A DNA stretch of 64,000 bases, from contig JACPPQ010000003.1 in the NCBI GenBank assembly GCA_016190925.1, positions 1,531-65,530 of the forward strand, written 5' to 3'. Below are positions 46,989 through 56,492 of the stretch, piece by piece. The first letter of the stretch is position 1. Each line of letters starts with the position of its first letter. The stretch is from Chloroflexota bacterium. Lineage in GTDB: Bacteria > Chloroflexota > Dehalococcoidia > Dehalococcoidales > JACPPQ01. Both the position numbers and the translations under genes were made by a program. A model generated the notes under the pieces. That model saw only the letters and a program-made list of their open reading frames with translations. It was not told where the DNA came from and did no database searches.

Positions 46989-48611
46989 ATGGCGCAGATG
47001 AAACGAAGTGAAGAGTTGACTGAGAGAAAGAAGGAGTTCCGCACTACCGTGGGCGGGACAGTGGTCAAGCGGGTATACCTTTCTTCTGATTTAGCTGGCC
47101 TCAAAGAGGAAGACACCGGTCTTCCAGGCGAATATCCCTTTACCAGGCATATTATGCCCACCGGCTACCGCGGCAGGCTGTGGACCATGCGCCAGTATGC
47201 CGGCTTCGGCACGGTGGAAGAGACCAACGAGCGCTACAAGTTCCTCTACAGGCAGGGACAGACCGGCTTCAGCGTGGCTTTTCAGCTTCCTACCCAGGAA
47301 GGCTACGATTCCGACCATCCGCTGGCAGCCGGGGAGGTAGGCAAATGCGGGGTTGCCGTAGACTCGTTGCAGGACATGGAGCAGCTCTGGGAGGGCATCC
47401 CGCTGGGACAGGTTAGCACTTCGATGACCATCAACGCCACAGCGCCTATCCTGCTTGCCATGTACATCGCCTGCGCGGAAAAACAGGGAATTGACCGCAG
47501 CAAACTGGAAGGCACTGTCCAGAATGATATTCTGAAAGAGTATATCGCCAGGAACACCTATATTTTCGGGCCGGCGGCATCCATGCGGCTGGTCACCGAT
47601 GTTTGCGCCTACTGCGCCCGCGAGATGCCCAAATGGAACTCCATCAGCATCAGCGGCTACCACATGCGCGAGGCGGGAGCCACCGCCGACCAGGAAGCTG
47701 GTTTTACTCTGGCCAACGGCATCGCCTACGTCAAGGCCATGCTCGATAAGGGGATGCAGGTCGACTCTTTTGCGCCACGTTTCTCGTTCTTTTTTGCGGC
47801 GTATACCAACGTCCTGGAGGAGGTTGCCAAGTACCGTGCTTTACGGCGCATGTGGGCCAGAATAATGAAGGAACGCTTCGGCGCTCAGAATCCCAAATCG
47901 TTGATGCTGCGTTACCATGTCCAGACTGACGGTTTCACCCTGACCAGGCAGCAGCCTCTTAACAATACGGTGAGGGTGGCGTTGCAGGCGCTGGCGGCGG
48001 TGCTCGGCGGGTGCCAATCTTTGCACACCAACTCCTTCGATGAAGCCCTGGCTCTCCCCGGAGAAACGGCGGTGCAGGTGGCACTGAGGACGCAGCAAAT
48101 TATCGCCTATGAAAGCGGTGTTGCCGATACCGTCGACCCTCTTGGAGGTTCCTATTTTGTTGAAACACTCACGAATCAGATAGAGAGCGCTGCTTCGAAA
48201 TACATCGCTGAAATAGACAAAATGGGCGGCGCTCTGAAGGCTATCGAACAGGGATATATCCAGAAGGAGATTGCCCGTTCCGCTTACGAGTACCAGAAAG
48301 CCGTAGACTCCGGCGGGCAGGTGGTTGTCGGTGTCAACAAGTTTGCCACTCATGACGAGGAAGAAACCGAGACCCTGGAGATTGGCGCTGAGGTTGAGCA
48401 GAAACAAATCAAGCGCTTGAAGGCATTAAAGCATAGTCGTGACAACCAGAAGGTCAAAGAAGTTCTGGCAAGGGTGCGGGATGTGGCGTCTGGCAACGAA
48501 AACATTATGCCGGCACTGGTAGAGGCCGCGAAAGTCTATGCCACAGTTGGAGAAATAAGCGATGCTCTTCGGAGTGTCTTCGGGGAATACCGGGAGCCGA
48601 ACATTTTATAG
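46989..48611 (+). CDS. Methylmalonyl-CoA mutase, catalytic (large) subunit
   Basis: [57 protein letters not shown]. 540 aa with no B12 domain, so the enzyme is of the split type. Confidence 0.85.
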   Translation: MAQMKRSEELTERKKEFRTTVGGTVVKRVYLSSDLAGLKEEDTGLPGEYPFTRHIMPTGYRGRLWTMRQYAGFGTVEETNERYKFLYRQGQTGFSVAFQLPTQEGYDSDHPLAAGEVGKCGVAVDSLQDMEQLWEGIPLGQVSTSMTINATAPILLAMYIACAEKQGIDRSKLEGTVQNDILKEYIARNTYIFGPAASMRLVTDVCAYCAREMPKWNSISISGYHMREAGATADQEAGFTLANGIAYVKAMLDKGMQVDSFAPRFSFFFAAYTNVLEEVAKYRALRRMWARIMKERFGAQNPKSLMLRYHVQTDGFTLTRQQPLNNTVRVALQALAAVLGGCQSLHTNSFDEALALPGETAVQVALRTQQIIAYESGVADTVDPLGGSYFVETLTNQIESAASKYIAEIDKMGGALKAIEQGYIQKEIARSAYEYQKAVDSGGQVVVGVNKFATHDEEETETLEIGAEVEQKQIKRLKALKHSRDNQKVKEVLARVRDVASGNENIMPALVEAAKVYATVGEISDALRSVFGEYREPNIL

Positions 48612-48838
48612 CGGTTAGCAGGTAGCGGGTAGCTAAATAATGTCTTAGAAATTCGTTGCTTAAACCAAGCCTTTCGAGAGTATGAAAATTACCCGGATTG
48701 TCATTCCTGCGGAAGCAGGAATCCAGGTCGGGTGGATGGGATGGGTTCTCTGACTTATCGCATGAGAAGTATAAAGAAATGTATTTCAGACATGACATCA
48801 GGGCAGAAGGAAGGGCTGATAGCTAAAAGCTGAAAGCT
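48612..48838. repeat. Repeat-filled spacer between the mutase subunit genes
   Basis: gcggttagcaggtagcgggtagc. 48700-48726 is GTCATTCCTGC-GGAA-GCAGGAATCCAG. gctgatagctaaaagctgaaagct lies just before the start codon. Confidence 0.75.
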
Positions 48839-49252
48839 ATGAATAAAAAAATCCGTGTACTAATAGCCAAGCCCGGCCTTGACGGTCATGACCGTGGAGC
48901 CAAGGTGGTTGCCAGCGGCCTGCGTGATGCCGGCATGGAGGTCATCTACCTCGGCCTGCGGCTGACGCCGGAGCAGATAGCCGAGGCCGCGCTTCAGGAA
49001 GACGTGGACGTGGTGGGACTGGCCTGTCTCTCCGGCGCCCACATGTCCTTGTTTCCCAGGACGGTTGAGCTTGTCAGGCAAAGGGATAACGATATCCTGG
49101 TCATCGGCGGAGGGATAATTCCCAAAAAGGACATACCGGCATTGAAAAAAGCGGGCATCGCCGAGGTCTTCGGGCCGGGCACAACGCTGGATGAAATTGC
49201 GGAGTTCATTAAGAAAGCGCTGGAGAAGAATGCGGATGATAACCAGGATTAA
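48839..49252 (+). CDS. Methylmalonyl-CoA mutase, cobalamin-binding (small) subunit
   Basis: [21 protein letters not shown] (DxHxxG B12-binding motif). 137 aa. Confidence 0.85.
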   Translation: MNKKIRVLIAKPGLDGHDRGAKVVASGLRDAGMEVIYLGLRLTPEQIAEAALQEDVDVVGLACLSGAHMSLFPRTVELVRQRDNDILVIGGGIIPKKDIPALKKAGIAEVFGPGTTLDEIAEFIKKALEKNADDNQD

Positions 49253-49637
49253 CCACATCGGGATAGCGGTAAACAGCATTTCAGATGTGCTCAAGCTCTA
49301 CACCGAGGCGCTCGGATTAAAGCTCAAGGACATCGAAATTGTGGAAGAGCAGAAGGTGCGCACTGCTATCATACCGGTGGGCGAAAGCAAAATCGAGCTG
49401 CTGGAATCGACCGACCCGGAAGGCGTGATTGCCAAATTCATCGAGAAAAAGGGCGAAGGACTTCATCACCTTGCTTTGGAGGTCGACAATATCGAAGCTG
49501 CCATGGCGAATATCGAGAAACAGGGCGTTCAGCTTGTTGATAAGAAGCCGAGGAAAGGCGTTGAAAATACCAGCATCGCCTTCTTGCATCCTAAGGGAAC
49601 GAGGGCATTAATCGAACTGGTGGAGACAGGGAAGTAG
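49236..49637 (+). CDS. mce: Methylmalonyl-CoA epimerase (VOC/glyoxalase fold)
   Basis: Start placed at ATG 49236 ([12 protein letters not shown]). [11 protein letters not shown]. Overlaps the end of the upstream gene. Confidence 0.8.
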   Translation: MITRINHIGIAVNSISDVLKLYTEALGLKLKDIEIVEEQKVRTAIIPVGESKIELLESTDPEGVIAKFIEKKGEGLHHLALEVDNIEAAMANIEKQGVQLVDKKPRKGVENTSIAFLHPKGTRALIELVETGK

Positions 49638-49638
49638 C

Positions 49639-51219
49639 ATGGAAGACGAGAAGCACATCAAAGACAGACTGCTGGCCGACCTGCATGCCCAGCGAGAAAA
49701 AATACTGGCGATGGGCGGCAGGGACAGGCTTCAAAAGCGGAAAGAGCAGGGCCGGCTCTCCGCCCGCGAGCGCATAGAGTCGCTGCTGGACAAGGACACT
49801 TTCTGCGAGATTGGCATGTTCGCCAGAAACAGGGGCCAGGCATTCGGCATGGACCGGATAGAAATTCCGGCGGATGCGGCAATCACCGGCTATGGCAAAA
49901 TCGATGGCAGAAAGGTCTATGTTTTTTCGCAGGACTTCACCAGCGGCGGCGGGACCATCTCAGAGGTGCACGCCCAGAAGCTCTGCCGTGTCATTGACGC
50001 CGCCATGAAGGACGGTTGCCCCATTGTTGGAATATTCGATTCGGGTGGGGCCAGGATTCAGGACGGCGTGGATGCCCTCTCCGGCTGCGGGCAAATGTTC
50101 TACAGGAACACCATGGCGTCCGGCGTGGTGCCGCAAATATGCGCCATCATCGGGCCGTGCGCCGGGGCTTCGGTCTATTCCCCGGCGCTGATGGACTTCA
50201 TCTTTGCCGTAAAAAACCTGAGCTATGCCTTTATCACCGGCCCGAGGGTAGTCGAGGCCGTGCTGGGCAAAGAGGTCAGCGAGGAGGAGCTTGGCGGCGC
50301 GATGGTGGCCCAGGTGAAGGCGGGCGTGGTCTCGCGCACCGAGGACAGCGAACACGAATGCCTCAAGGCTATCAAAGAGCTGCTTACCTACCTGCCATCG
50401 AGCAACCGTGAGAAACCGCAGCAGGTGGATTGGGGAGATTGCCCTAACCGCACCGATAGCACCCTTTTTGAAATCGTGCCAGCCAGTCCGAGCAAGCCCT
50501 ACGATATGCACCGCATGATTCATCGAGTTTTCGACCAGAGAGCAGACGGCAAGGACAACTACTTCGAGCTATTTCCCAAGTTCGCTACCAACGTAATCAC
50601 TTGCTTTTGCCGCTTGAACGGCTGGACGGTGGGCGTCATCGCCAACCAGCCGATGTCGAAGGCGGGCTGCCTGGACATCGATGCCTGCGATAAGGCTTCC
50701 CGCTTCATCCGCTTCTGCGATGCCTTCAATATCCCGGTGGTGAACTTGGTGGACGTGCCCGGCTATCTTCCGGGGTCGAAGCAGGAGTGGGGCGGCATAA
50801 TACGGCACGGGGCCAAGATGCTCTATGCCTACTCCGAGGCCACCGTGCCCAAGCTAACCCTTACCATCAGGAAGGCCTACGGCGGCTCTTACCTGGGGAT
50901 GTGCAGCAAGGACCTGGGAGCCGACTCCGTGCTGTGCTGGCCGACCACCGAGCTTGCCGTAATGGGGCCGGAGGGAGCGGCGAACATCATCTTTCGCAAG
51001 GAGATTGAAAAGTCGCCCGAGCCGGACAAACTCCTCGATGAAAAGATAAAGGAATATCGCAGCATCTTTGCCAATCCCTACCGCGCTGCCTGGCACCTGC
51101 ACATCGATGACGTGATTGACCCGGCTGAGACCCGCCCGAGGCTCATCAGGGCGCTGGAGATGGCACTGGACAAGCAGCAGCAGAGGCCGGTCAGAAAACA
51201 CGGCATCATGCCGGTGTGA
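49639..51219 (+). CDS. Acyl-CoA carboxylase carboxyltransferase subunit (propionyl-CoA carboxylase beta / methylmalonyl-CoA carboxyltransferase family)
   Basis: GGRDRLQKRKEQGRLSARERI, GYGKIDGRKVYVFSQDFT, DVPGYLPGSKQEWGGIIRHGAKMLYAY. Confidence 0.85.
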   Translation: MEDEKHIKDRLLADLHAQREKILAMGGRDRLQKRKEQGRLSARERIESLLDKDTFCEIGMFARNRGQAFGMDRIEIPADAAITGYGKIDGRKVYVFSQDFTSGGGTISEVHAQKLCRVIDAAMKDGCPIVGIFDSGGARIQDGVDALSGCGQMFYRNTMASGVVPQICAIIGPCAGASVYSPALMDFIFAVKNLSYAFITGPRVVEAVLGKEVSEEELGGAMVAQVKAGVVSRTEDSEHECLKAIKELLTYLPSSNREKPQQVDWGDCPNRTDSTLFEIVPASPSKPYDMHRMIHRVFDQRADGKDNYFELFPKFATNVITCFCRLNGWTVGVIANQPMSKAGCLDIDACDKASRFIRFCDAFNIPVVNLVDVPGYLPGSKQEWGGIIRHGAKMLYAYSEATVPKLTLTIRKAYGGSYLGMCSKDLGADSVLCWPTTELAVMGPEGAANIIFRKEIEKSPEPDKLLDEKIKEYRSIFANPYRAAWHLHIDDVIDPAETRPRLIRALEMALDKQQQRPVRKHGIMPV

Positions 51220-51425
51220 GAGTTGGTTGAGTTCTTAGAATTTGTTTGGTTTGTTGAGTTTTTAGAGTTCTTTGAGTTAGGATGATACCTTCTATGTCTT
51301 TACGAGTCCTTCATCGGAAGGATTCGGCTGAAGGACGACGAAGCAATCTCAATCATGCTCAGTGTCATTCCAGTCCTTCAGGGAAGGAGAATCCAGAGGG
51401 TGGATGAGGCGGGGCTGGGTTCTTG
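51220..51425. repeat. Repeat-filled spacer
   Basis: Reiterated ttgagtt/tttggtt motif at 51228-51280. gtccttcatcggaagga hairpin. cgacgaagcaatctc module. 51364-51396 is GTCATTCCAG-TCCTTC-AGGG-AAGGA-GAATCCAG. Confidence 0.75.
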
Positions 51426-51638
51426 CTAATCATCTGACACCTCATAACTCAAGGCACCGCTGGGGCAGGTGTCTATGACCCGTATAATCTCTTCTATATC
51501 GGCACCCTCAAGATTCACCCAGGGTCGCTTGTCTGGGTCGAAGACATCATGAAGCTGACCGTGACACATACCGGCGTACATGCACTTGTCGCTATCCCAC
51601 AAGACCGTGAGCTTGCCTTTGGTGTATGTGCGCTTCAT
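51426..51638 (-). CDS. Small Fe-S protein (divergent 4Fe-4S mono-cluster, Fer4_19-like)
   Basis: LTVLWDSDKCMYAGMCHGQLHDVFDPDKRPWVNLEGA...IDTCPSGALSYE matches the pattern I recall for this family. Confidence 0.55.
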   Translation of the reverse strand: MKRTYTKGKLTVLWDSDKCMYAGMCHGQLHDVFDPDKRPWVNLEGADIEEIIRVIDTCPSGALSYEVSDD

Positions 51639-51653
51639 AATTTTATTCTAACA

Positions 51654-52067
51654 CTAACGTATTTTGGTTTTCTTTAACCTGGTTTTCCCACCTTCATCCC
51701 GCCCGACAGCGCGGGAGAGCGTAAACACCAGGAACTGGTTAAGGCTCACGCCCTCTTTCTCAGCCATCCGGTTAAGCTTACGGTGCAAGCTCTTCGGCAC
51801 ACGGACGTTAAACTTGCCGCTGTATTCTTCCTGTTTTTCTCCCGGCAAGGGAATATCCTGTCCGTCTTCGTATGCCACTTCAAGCCACATTCGACGGGCG
51901 ATTTCTATCATCTTGTGGGCTTCGGTTATTGATTCCCCCTGTGCGAAGCATCCGGGAAGGTCCTCAATTTGAATAAAATATCCACCCTCGGGAGCTTCCT
52001 CAATAGTGACAGGGTATTTAAGACTGAGATAATACTCAAGCGGTTGTCTCTTGACTGTCGTTACCAT
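51654..52067 (-). CDS. hicB: HicB family antitoxin with a C-terminal ribbon-helix-helix domain
   Basis: YPVTIEEAPEGGYFIQIEDLPGCFAQGESITEA and FNVRVPKSLHRKLNRMAEKEGVSLNQFLV. Confidence 0.8.
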   Translation of the reverse strand: MVTTVKRQPLEYYLSLKYPVTIEEAPEGGYFIQIEDLPGCFAQGESITEAHKMIEIARRMWLEVAYEDGQDIPLPGEKQEEYSGKFNVRVPKSLHRKLNRMAEKEGVSLNQFLVFTLSRAVGRDEGGKTRLKKTKIR

Positions 52068-52068
52068 G

Positions 52069-52308
52069 CTATCCCTCCAACTCCAGAACTTTAATGATGT
52101 TTTTAGCGTAGGATGTATTTACGTATTTCGTATTCTTGGGAACTACTACCGTGATCGGGCGAGTTCCCTTTTTATGGTAGGTCCTGTGACTCCCACCGCC
52201 CTTGCGCCACTCATATCCATAGGCAGTGAGAAGCCTATCGCAGTCCTCAACCGTGATATGCATCCTGTCGGTGAGAAACTTCTTGACTAACTTCTCATCA
52301 CCCTTCAC
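52069..52308 (-). CDS. hicA: HicA family mRNA interferase toxin
   Basis: LLTAYGYEWRKGGGSHRTYHKKG. 79 aa. The stop lies 1 nt before the hicB start. Confidence 0.8.
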   Translation of the reverse strand: MKGDEKLVKKFLTDRMHITVEDCDRLLTAYGYEWRKGGGSHRTYHKKGTRPITVVVPKNTKYVNTSYAKNIIKVLELEG

Positions 52309-52454
52309 GGTTTCATAGTACCATATATAGTGGCATATATCAACTGAAGAAGAAGCATTTCAAAATGGTGTTTGAGAGGAAGGGGCTAATACTGGATTTG
52401 CAGCGGGTTACTCACAGAGCAAGTTGGACGAAAGAAAGAACTTTTAGGCTAGAC

Positions 52455-52483
52455 TTTAGCATTGCTGAGTACGGGAGTATAAT
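52455..52483 (+). promoter_or_regulatory. Putative promoter giving a near-leaderless transcript for ORF 52490
   Basis: TTTAGC (52455-52460), 17 nt spacer, TATAAT (52478-52483). The ATG lies 7 nt further on with no Shine-Dalgarno sequence. Confidence 0.3.
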
Positions 52484-52489
52484 AATCTT

Positions 52490-53371
52490 ATGGAAGAGAA
52501 GCTTTTTAGCAATGATATAACCCCTGCTGACGACTTATATCGCATCATTCGTGACGACGAGAGATATGTTGAGGAAAAATCCCACATGGAGAATTTGTGG
52601 AAGACTTATCAACCTTACGCTGACAGAGATTACCTAAAGAAAATAACAGAGGACTTTGACGCCCGTTTTTGGGAGATGTATTTGACCTGCACCTTGGTTC
52701 ATTATTCCTTTAATGTTGTCCCAAAGCAAATGCCTAAAGGTCCTGATATAAAGATAGACCACGGTTCAACAACCATATGGATAGAAGCTGTTACACCAAC
52801 AATCGGAGACTCAAGCAAACCTGACAGTGTTCCTGATCTTAAAATGGGTATGACTCAGCAGATTCCAGACGACCAAATAATCCTCAGGTATACAAATGAT
52901 ATATCCGAAAAACATAAAAAATATCGCAAATATTTGGGTGATATTATCAGGGACGGGGATTGCTACGTAATCGCCTTAAATGGCTGTAAAACTCGGCATG
53001 GTAAGATCAATCCACCAAGAATTGTTCGTTCTGTTCTACCCATAGGTAGGCCAATAGGCACTTTAGATATAAAATCTAAAATATTGAATATGCAAAACCC
53101 ATACATGCCATCTTTGAAAAAGGCTAGCGGCAGCCTGGTCGAGACAGATATATTTACCAAACAGGAATATAATAATATCAGTGCCGTAATGTTCTCCAAT
53201 GTCGATGTTTGCAATCCAACTTCAACCATGGGCGATGATTTTATCATCGTTCGCAATCCTTTAGCATCAAAACAACTACCTGTTGATTTCCCCAATGTCG
53301 GCTTGGAATATACAGCCGAATTATCCCAAAATGGAATTACTTTGAACCGAAGGGAACTGATACAGCACTAA
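52490..53371 (+). CDS. Hypothetical protein (293 aa), possible PD-(D/E)xK-like nuclease fold
   Basis: GPDIKIDHGSTTIWIEAVTP resembles a PD...ExK-type core, but the Lys position is not conserved. No family recognised. AT-rich. Confidence 0.45.
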   Translation: MEEKLFSNDITPADDLYRIIRDDERYVEEKSHMENLWKTYQPYADRDYLKKITEDFDARFWEMYLTCTLVHYSFNVVPKQMPKGPDIKIDHGSTTIWIEAVTPTIGDSSKPDSVPDLKMGMTQQIPDDQIILRYTNDISEKHKKYRKYLGDIIRDGDCYVIALNGCKTRHGKINPPRIVRSVLPIGRPIGTLDIKSKILNMQNPYMPSLKKASGSLVETDIFTKQEYNNISAVMFSNVDVCNPTSTMGDDFIIVRNPLASKQLPVDFPNVGLEYTAELSQNGITLNRRELIQH

Positions 53372-53440
53372 AGGGCAAAAGCCCCTGCTTAAAAAACCCT
53401 TCAAGTTGGCGTTGCGATCCGTAAGTAGCAAACAAATAAA

Positions 53441-53459
53441 GCACCGTTTTTCGCGGTGC
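53441..53459 (-). terminator. Rho-independent terminator candidate for the hdrA operon (also closes ORF 52490 on the + strand)
   Basis: The minus strand reads GCACCG-CGAAAAA-CGGTGC followed by TTTATTTGTTTG. Confidence 0.45.
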
Positions 53460-53509
53460 CTCTTCAAATCCAATTGGTAGCCCACATTGGATTCGAACAG
53501 CCTCTGTCC

Positions 53510-53653
53510 CTACTTCTTCTCCCCCACCCGCCTCACGCTATTGCTCCGGCACTTGGGGCAAGCCCGCTCCACCTTGATGAGGTCGTCGGAAGTGGTGTAC
53601 TCATGGCCGCAGCGCATGCACTTTAGCTTGGACTGTTTCTCGGTGGGGGTCAT
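53510..53653 (-). CDS. Zinc-ribbon miniprotein (47 aa), not in the ORF track
   Basis: My own translation is MTPTEKQSKLKCMRCGHEYTTSDDLIKVERACPKCRSNSVRRVGEKK (CxxC...CxxC). Its ATG shares one base with the hdrA TAA (TAATG at 53651-53655). Confidence 0.5.
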   Translation of the reverse strand: MTPTEKQSKLKCMRCGHEYTTSDDLIKVERACPKCRSNSVRRVGEKK

Positions 53654-56067
53654 TATGCCACCTTCTTCTTGTCTGCGGCTTCCAATGCCTTTCGTGTCTG
53701 CTCAATCTCCTCCGGTGTTACCTTTGAACGTCTCTCGTCAAGCTCAGCCATGACCCTGGCAAACTTCTGACCCTCGGCGGCGCTCATCCACTCCAGTTGG
53801 AGTCGCTCAGGCCGGATGCCCAGTCGCTCCAGCCTGCTCCACAGCCGGTCCATGCGCTTCACAGTCGAGCGGTTGGCGGCCATGTAGTGGCAATCGGCCA
53901 GGTGGCAACCGGAGACCAGCACAACAGGAGCGCCCAGCTTGAAAGCCTGCATCACAAACTTCTCGTTGACGCGCGCGCTGCACATGGTGCGGATGATACG
54001 GATGTTGGGTGGGTATTGCAGTCGGGACGTTCCGGTGAGGTCGGCGGCGGCATAGGAGCACCAGTTGCAGGCAAAGACAATGGCCGTGTCCTGCGGGTTT
54101 TCCGCCAGCGCGGCCTCGATTTGAGCCATGTATTGCGCATCTTCGAAATGCCTCAGGCTGATAGCCCCGAAGGCGCACTCCGCCGCGCAGGAGCCGCATC
54201 CGGCACACATCGCTTCGGTGACGTGGGCGGCAATCTTATTCTGTTTGCTGGCGCTGATAGCGCTGTAGGGACAGACCTGGACGCAAAGCTCGCAGAACGT
54301 ACATTTCTCTTTGTCGACAACAGCTATGGCCGCGTCCAGCTTGATTTTATCCGAGCTGAGGATTACCCCAGCCCTCGCGGCGGCGGCGCTGGCCTGGGTC
54401 ACGCTGTCCTTGATGTCTTTCGGCGATTCCACGCATCCGGCCAGAAACACGCCGCGCGTCGGGGCATCCACCGGCATCAGCTTGGGATGCGATTCCGCCA
54501 GGAAGCCATCGCTGGTCTGTGATAGTGAAAGCAGGTGACGGATTTTATCGCCGTCCTTTCGTGCTTCCAGCCCGACTGCCAGCACCACCATGTCAAGCTC
54601 GTGCTCCTCGATACACCCGGCGGTGGTGTTTTCCACCTTGAGGCGGAGGCTGCCGGTAGACGGGTCTTCCTCGATGTGCTCCGGCAGGCCGCGCACGTAT
54701 CTCACACCTTCCCGCTTGCTGCGCTCGTACAGGTCTTCGAAGCCCTTCCCGAAGGCGCGAATGTCGATGTAAAACACAGTTATCTCGGTGTCCGGGTAGT
54801 GTTCCTTGATGAGCAGGCTGTTCTTGATGGTAACCATGCAGCAGATGTTGCTGCAGTAGGGATTTCCGCGATTATGCGACCTCGACCCAACGCACTGGAT
54901 AAACCCGATGCGCTTCGGAGCCTTCGTATCGCCCGGTCTGACCAGGTGGCCGCCGGTAGGGCCTCCGGCGTTTATCAGTCGCTCAAGCTCCAGGCTGGTG
55001 ACCACGTTCTGGAAGCGGGTGTAGCCGTACTCGTCCAGGCGGGTGGGGTCATAGACGTCCATGCCGGTAGCGACTACCACCGCTCCCACCTTGAGCTCTA
55101 CGATTTCATCCCGCATGTCGAAGTCGATGCAGCGTTTTTGGCACTTCTCCACGCACTTGTTGCAGGTGATGACGTCTTTGCTCAGGCAGTCTGCCATATT
55201 GATGACGTAGGAGGAGGGAATCGACTGCGGGAAGGGGATATAGATGGCGTTCCTGGTAGCCAGGCCGACCTCGTATTCGTTGTACTTGTTTACGGGGCAG
55301 ACGGTGGCGCATTCACCGCAGGCGGTGCAATCGGCTTCCCGGACGTAACGGGCCTTGCGGCGCACCTTAACATTGAAGTTGCCGACATATCCTGAGACGT
55401 CCTCGACTTCGCTCAGGGTCATCAGCTTGATTCTGGGATGTCGACCGACATCCTTCATTTTAGGGCCGAGTATTCATATCGAACAGTCCATGGTGGGAAA
55501 GGTCTTATCGAGCTGCGCCATCACGCCGCCGATGCTCGGTTGCTTCTCCACCAGGTAGACCATGTGTTCCGCATTGGCCAGGTCAAGGGATGCCTGTATT
55601 CCGGCTATGCCTCCCCCGATGACCAGTACTGCATCCGTGACGGGAATCTCGTTCTCTTTTTGAGGTTTGAGCAGGCGCGCCCTTGCCACCGCTATCCTCA
55701 CGATGTCTTTGGCTTTCTCCGTTGCCGCCTTTCGGTCGGTGGAGTGCACCCAGCTGCACTGCTCCCTGATATTCGCCATATCAACCAGGTAGGGGTTCAG
55801 TCCCTCCTCCGCCACGCAGGTGCGGAATGTCGGCTCATGGAGCCGCGGCGAACACGAGGCAACCACCACCCGGTTGAGGTTGAGTTCCCGTATTTTCTTC
55901 TTAATCTCCTGCTGGCCGGGGTCGGCGCAAGTATAGCGGTTCACCGTTGAAACAACCACGTTTTCCAACCCCTCTGCGTACCGCCGCACCTCTCCGCAGT
56001 CCAGGAACCCAGCGATGTTCAGCCCGCACTCGCAGACAAATACACCAATCCTTATCTCATCAGCCAT
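53653..56067 (-). CDS. hdrA: Heterodisulfide reductase subunit A fused to an MvhD-like domain; selenocysteine-containing (UGA at 55474-55476 read as Sec)
   Basis: ORFs 55474-56067 and 53653-55458 share one frame and are separated only by TGA plus 5 sense codons. The joined sequence LDKTFPTMDCSI-U-ILGPKMKDVGRHPRIKLMT matches the HdrA motif DKTFPTxDCSxCILxPKM. The C-terminus NWCSYAAADL...VSGCHLADCHY is MvhD-like. Confidence 0.8.
55436..55453 (-). promoter_or_regulatory. Candidate bacterial SECIS hairpin
   Basis: The minus-strand RNA GGAUGUC-GGUC-GACAUCC (7-bp stem, GGUC loop) begins 20 nt after the in-frame UGA. Confidence 0.55.
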
Positions 56068-56104
56068 TTTTAGTGTCCTCTATATCCTTCCATCTTGCAA
56101 GAAA

Positions 56105-56490
56105 TCAACCAATTCGGGAGAAATAACCAATTACCAAGCTCCAAGCACCAAACAAATCTCAATATTCAATTGTCAATAAACAAACACTTTTGGGTTCTTT
56201 TCTCGAGCAGAATCTTTAGCATACCTAGAAAATACCCTTTTACCATTTCGATTCTTCAGCCGAAGGAGAATCCAGACTCCACTTCCCCACTGGATTCCCG
56301 CCTTCGCGGGAATGACAGTTGGTGTGACTTTTTCATTGTTTCGTGGGTCCTTCATCCGAAGGATGACAAATTGTTTGGTTATTTTTTGGCCTGCCCTGAG
56401 CTTGCCGAAGGGTTATTGTATCTTGATTATTAGCTTGCTTTCAGCTTTTGTTTTTCACTCTTTTACACAAGCTGATCGCTGACTGCTGAT
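56105..56490. repeat. Repeat-filled spacer between the HdrCB-like gene and hdrA
   Basis: 56251-56275 is ATTCTTCAGCCGAAGGAGAATCCAG and 56290-56318 is CTGGATTCCCGCCTTCGCGGGAATGACAG. 56347-56367 is the gtccttcatccgaaggatgac hairpin. The region ends with gctgatcgctgactgctgatagct. Confidence 0.75.
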
Positions 56491-56492
56491 AG

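Noticed and set aside
53461-53509. An intact tRNA gene downstream of the hdrA operon.
   Set aside because: Only the 3' third (T-loop, half stems, CCA) is present. The expected complementary T-stem and acceptor 5' halves are absent, so no cloverleaf can be drawn.
55459-55473. Treating the 15-nt gap plus TGA as a true intergenic junction between two separate hdrA fragment genes.
   Set aside because: The frame is the same on both sides. There is no ribosome-binding site for the downstream Met. The conserved HdrA motif is continuous across the junction, with the TGA at the Cys/Sec position.
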